DNA from: Spirochaetota bacterium
GTDB lineage: Bacteria > Spirochaetota > Spirochaetia > Treponematales > UBA12059
DNA: 64,000 bases
Assembly: GCA_029560805.1 (NCBI GenBank)
Contig: JAKQKE010000019.1
Coordinates: 2,684 to 66,683, forward strand
Reading direction: 5' to 3'
The notes beneath the pieces are model-generated. The model worked only from the letters and a program-made list of their open reading frames with translations. It had not been told where the DNA came from and ran no database searches. Every line of letters begins with the position of its first letter. Position 1 is the stretch's first letter. Position numbers and translations under genes: made by a program. Below are positions 62,707 to 64,000 of the stretch, piece by piece.

Positions 62707-63468
62707 ATGAATATCGCCGATTTCGACGACTGGGCCCAGGAGCTCCTGGGCATACAGCGCTTCAAACCCATCGACGACTCGCTCAACGGGCTCCAGGTCG
62801 GCCGATCCGACGGGCCGCTCGAGCGGATAGCCTTCGCGGTCGACGCCAGTGCCGAGACCATACGCCGCGCCAGGGACGCGGGCGCGCAGGCCCTGTTCGT
62901 CCACCACGGTCTCTTCTGGGGCAAGCCGGCGCCGCTGGTGGGCTCGATGCGCGCGCGCGTCGCCGAGCTCCTGTCCGCCGACCTGGCGCTGTACGCCTGC
63001 CACCTGCCGCTCGACGCGCATCCCGAGCTCGGTAACAACGCCGTGCTGGCCAGGCTCCTCGGCATCGTCGACCCGCAGCCCTTCGGCGAGTACCACGGCG
63101 TCAAGCTCGGCTTCAAGGGCCGGCTCGATAGGCCGGCATCCGTCGACGAGGTCGTCAGGCGCGTCTTGCCGTACGGAGACGAGCCCAGGGCGATGCTCCG
63201 CTTCGGCCCGGCCTCGGTGTCGACGGTAGCCGTCGTGTCCGGAGGCGCGCCGTTCGAGGTTCTGCAGGCCATCGCCGAGGGCCTTGACCTCTACGTGACC
63301 GGGGAGCCGTCTCATTCCGTCTACCACGAGGCGATGGAGGCCGGCATCAACTTCGCGGCGGCCGGCCACTACGCCACCGAGGTGCACGGCGTCAAGGCCG
63401 TCGCCGAGCGGGTCGCCCGCGACCTCGGCATACGGACGCTGTTCATCGAGTACCCGACCGGGCTGTAA
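62707..63468 (+). CDS. Nif3-like dinuclear metal centre protein (YbgI/GTP cyclohydrolase 1 type 2 family)
   Basis: 253 aa; LFVHHGLFW, ACHLPLDAHPELGNN and AAAGHYATE are typical of NIF3. Confidence 0.8.
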   Translation: MNIADFDDWAQELLGIQRFKPIDDSLNGLQVGRSDGPLERIAFAVDASAETIRRARDAGAQALFVHHGLFWGKPAPLVGSMRARVAELLSADLALYACHLPLDAHPELGNNAVLARLLGIVDPQPFGEYHGVKLGFKGRLDRPASVDEVVRRVLPYGDEPRAMLRFGPASVSTVAVVSGGAPFEVLQAIAEGLDLYVTGEPSHSVYHEAMEAGINFAAAGHYATEVHGVKAVAERVARDLGIRTLFIEYPTGL

Positions 63469-63501
63469 AGCGCCGGAATACTATCGAAGGCTGGAGCCAT
63501 C

Positions 63502-64000
63502 ATGCCAGAGCAGAAGCTACGTACACCGCTCGCCCCGTTCATCCTGACGGGCGGGATCCTGGCGCTCGACCAGATAACCAAGTTCGCCGTCGTCGCGGCC
63601 GTCAAGCCCGGGCGTATAGCCTGGAGAGCCTTCGGGGACTTCTTCTGGCTCGTGCACCAGAAGAACACCGGCGCTGCCTTCAGCATGGGCGACGGCCTAC
63701 CCGAGCCGTTGCGCGTGGCCATCCTGATCGTGCTGCCGCTCGCCCTGATGGCGGCCCTCTGCGTCTACTATTTCAAGACCGACGAGCTGACGAAGGTCCA
63801 GCGCTGGGCCCTCTGCGGCATAGTCGGAGGCGGGGTCGGTAATATCATCGACCGTATAGCCAGGCCCGATGGCGTCATTGACTTCCTATCGGTTAAATTC
63901 TACGGGCTGTTCGGCCTGGAGCGCTGGCCGACCTTCAACGTGGCCGATTCGGCCGTCGTCGTATGCGGCATCCTGCTGGTCGTCAGCGGTTTCTTCGTAG
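63502..64000 (+). CDS. lspA: Signal peptidase II (lipoprotein signal peptidase), 3'-truncated by the window
   Basis: LALDQITKF..., HQKNTGAAFSMG, GGVGNIIDR and FNVADSAVV motifs. Confidence 0.88.
   Translation, partial: MPEQKLRTPLAPFILTGGILALDQITKFAVVAAVKPGRIAWRAFGDFFWLVHQKNTGAAFSMGDGLPEPLRVAILIVLPLALMAALCVYYFKTDELTKVQRWALCGIVGGGVGNIIDRIARPDGVIDFLSVKFYGLFGLERWPTFNVADSAVVVCGILLVVSGFFV

Overview
Limits: there was no BLAST, HMM or RNA folding. All product calls come from motifs and architectures read from the translations, and several start codons were re-picked by hand. The window is a visibly GC-rich (about two-thirds G+C by eye, not computed), densely coded chromosomal segment with about 60 protein genes. 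I recognised no rRNA, tRNA, CRISPR array, transposase or integrase. Gene content and synteny point to a high-GC member of the Spirochaetota; this is an inference from the flgN-like/flgK/flgL/fliW/csrA order, a giant FlgD-Ig/OmpA envelope protein, and a PASTA protein after def-fmt. Left to right the window holds: a Res-like SF2 helicase-nuclease coupled to a gene cut by the window edge; the flagellar hook-associated/FliW-CsrA operon; a P-loop/Asp23 fusion gene; several secreted or envelope proteins, including a 1368-aa OmpA protein with about 8 Ig-like repeats; a DUF2156 plus UDPGP-like pair; a REC-PAS-GGDEF-EAL protein; a split chromate-transporter pair; addAB; a roughly 1200-aa GH13 protein; a TAXI-TRAP transporter operon; zwf; a DUF4954 beta-helix protein; serA/serC; an M23 peptidase; rpsU; a nine-gene operon in which a P-II-like protein and an EIIA(Ntr)-like protein precede a hydrogenase-less Mbh/Mrp-type cation module; a DUF1576 membrane protein; def-fmt; ackA; and housekeeping genes up to lspA. 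The candidates most worth a second look are: (1) the P-II-like/EIIA-like/Mrp-Mbh operon at 49252-54254; (2) the edge-truncated helicase-nuclease module at 1-2592 and the structured, lower-GC spacer after it; (3) a two-copy family of about 120-bp elements whose arms are tandem CACGGAGN octamers, each inside an operon spacer; (4) the P-loop/Asp23 fusion next to the flagellar operon; (5) rpsU, which appears to need a non-canonical ATC start; and (6) a long-range stem in the leader of the split chrA pair.
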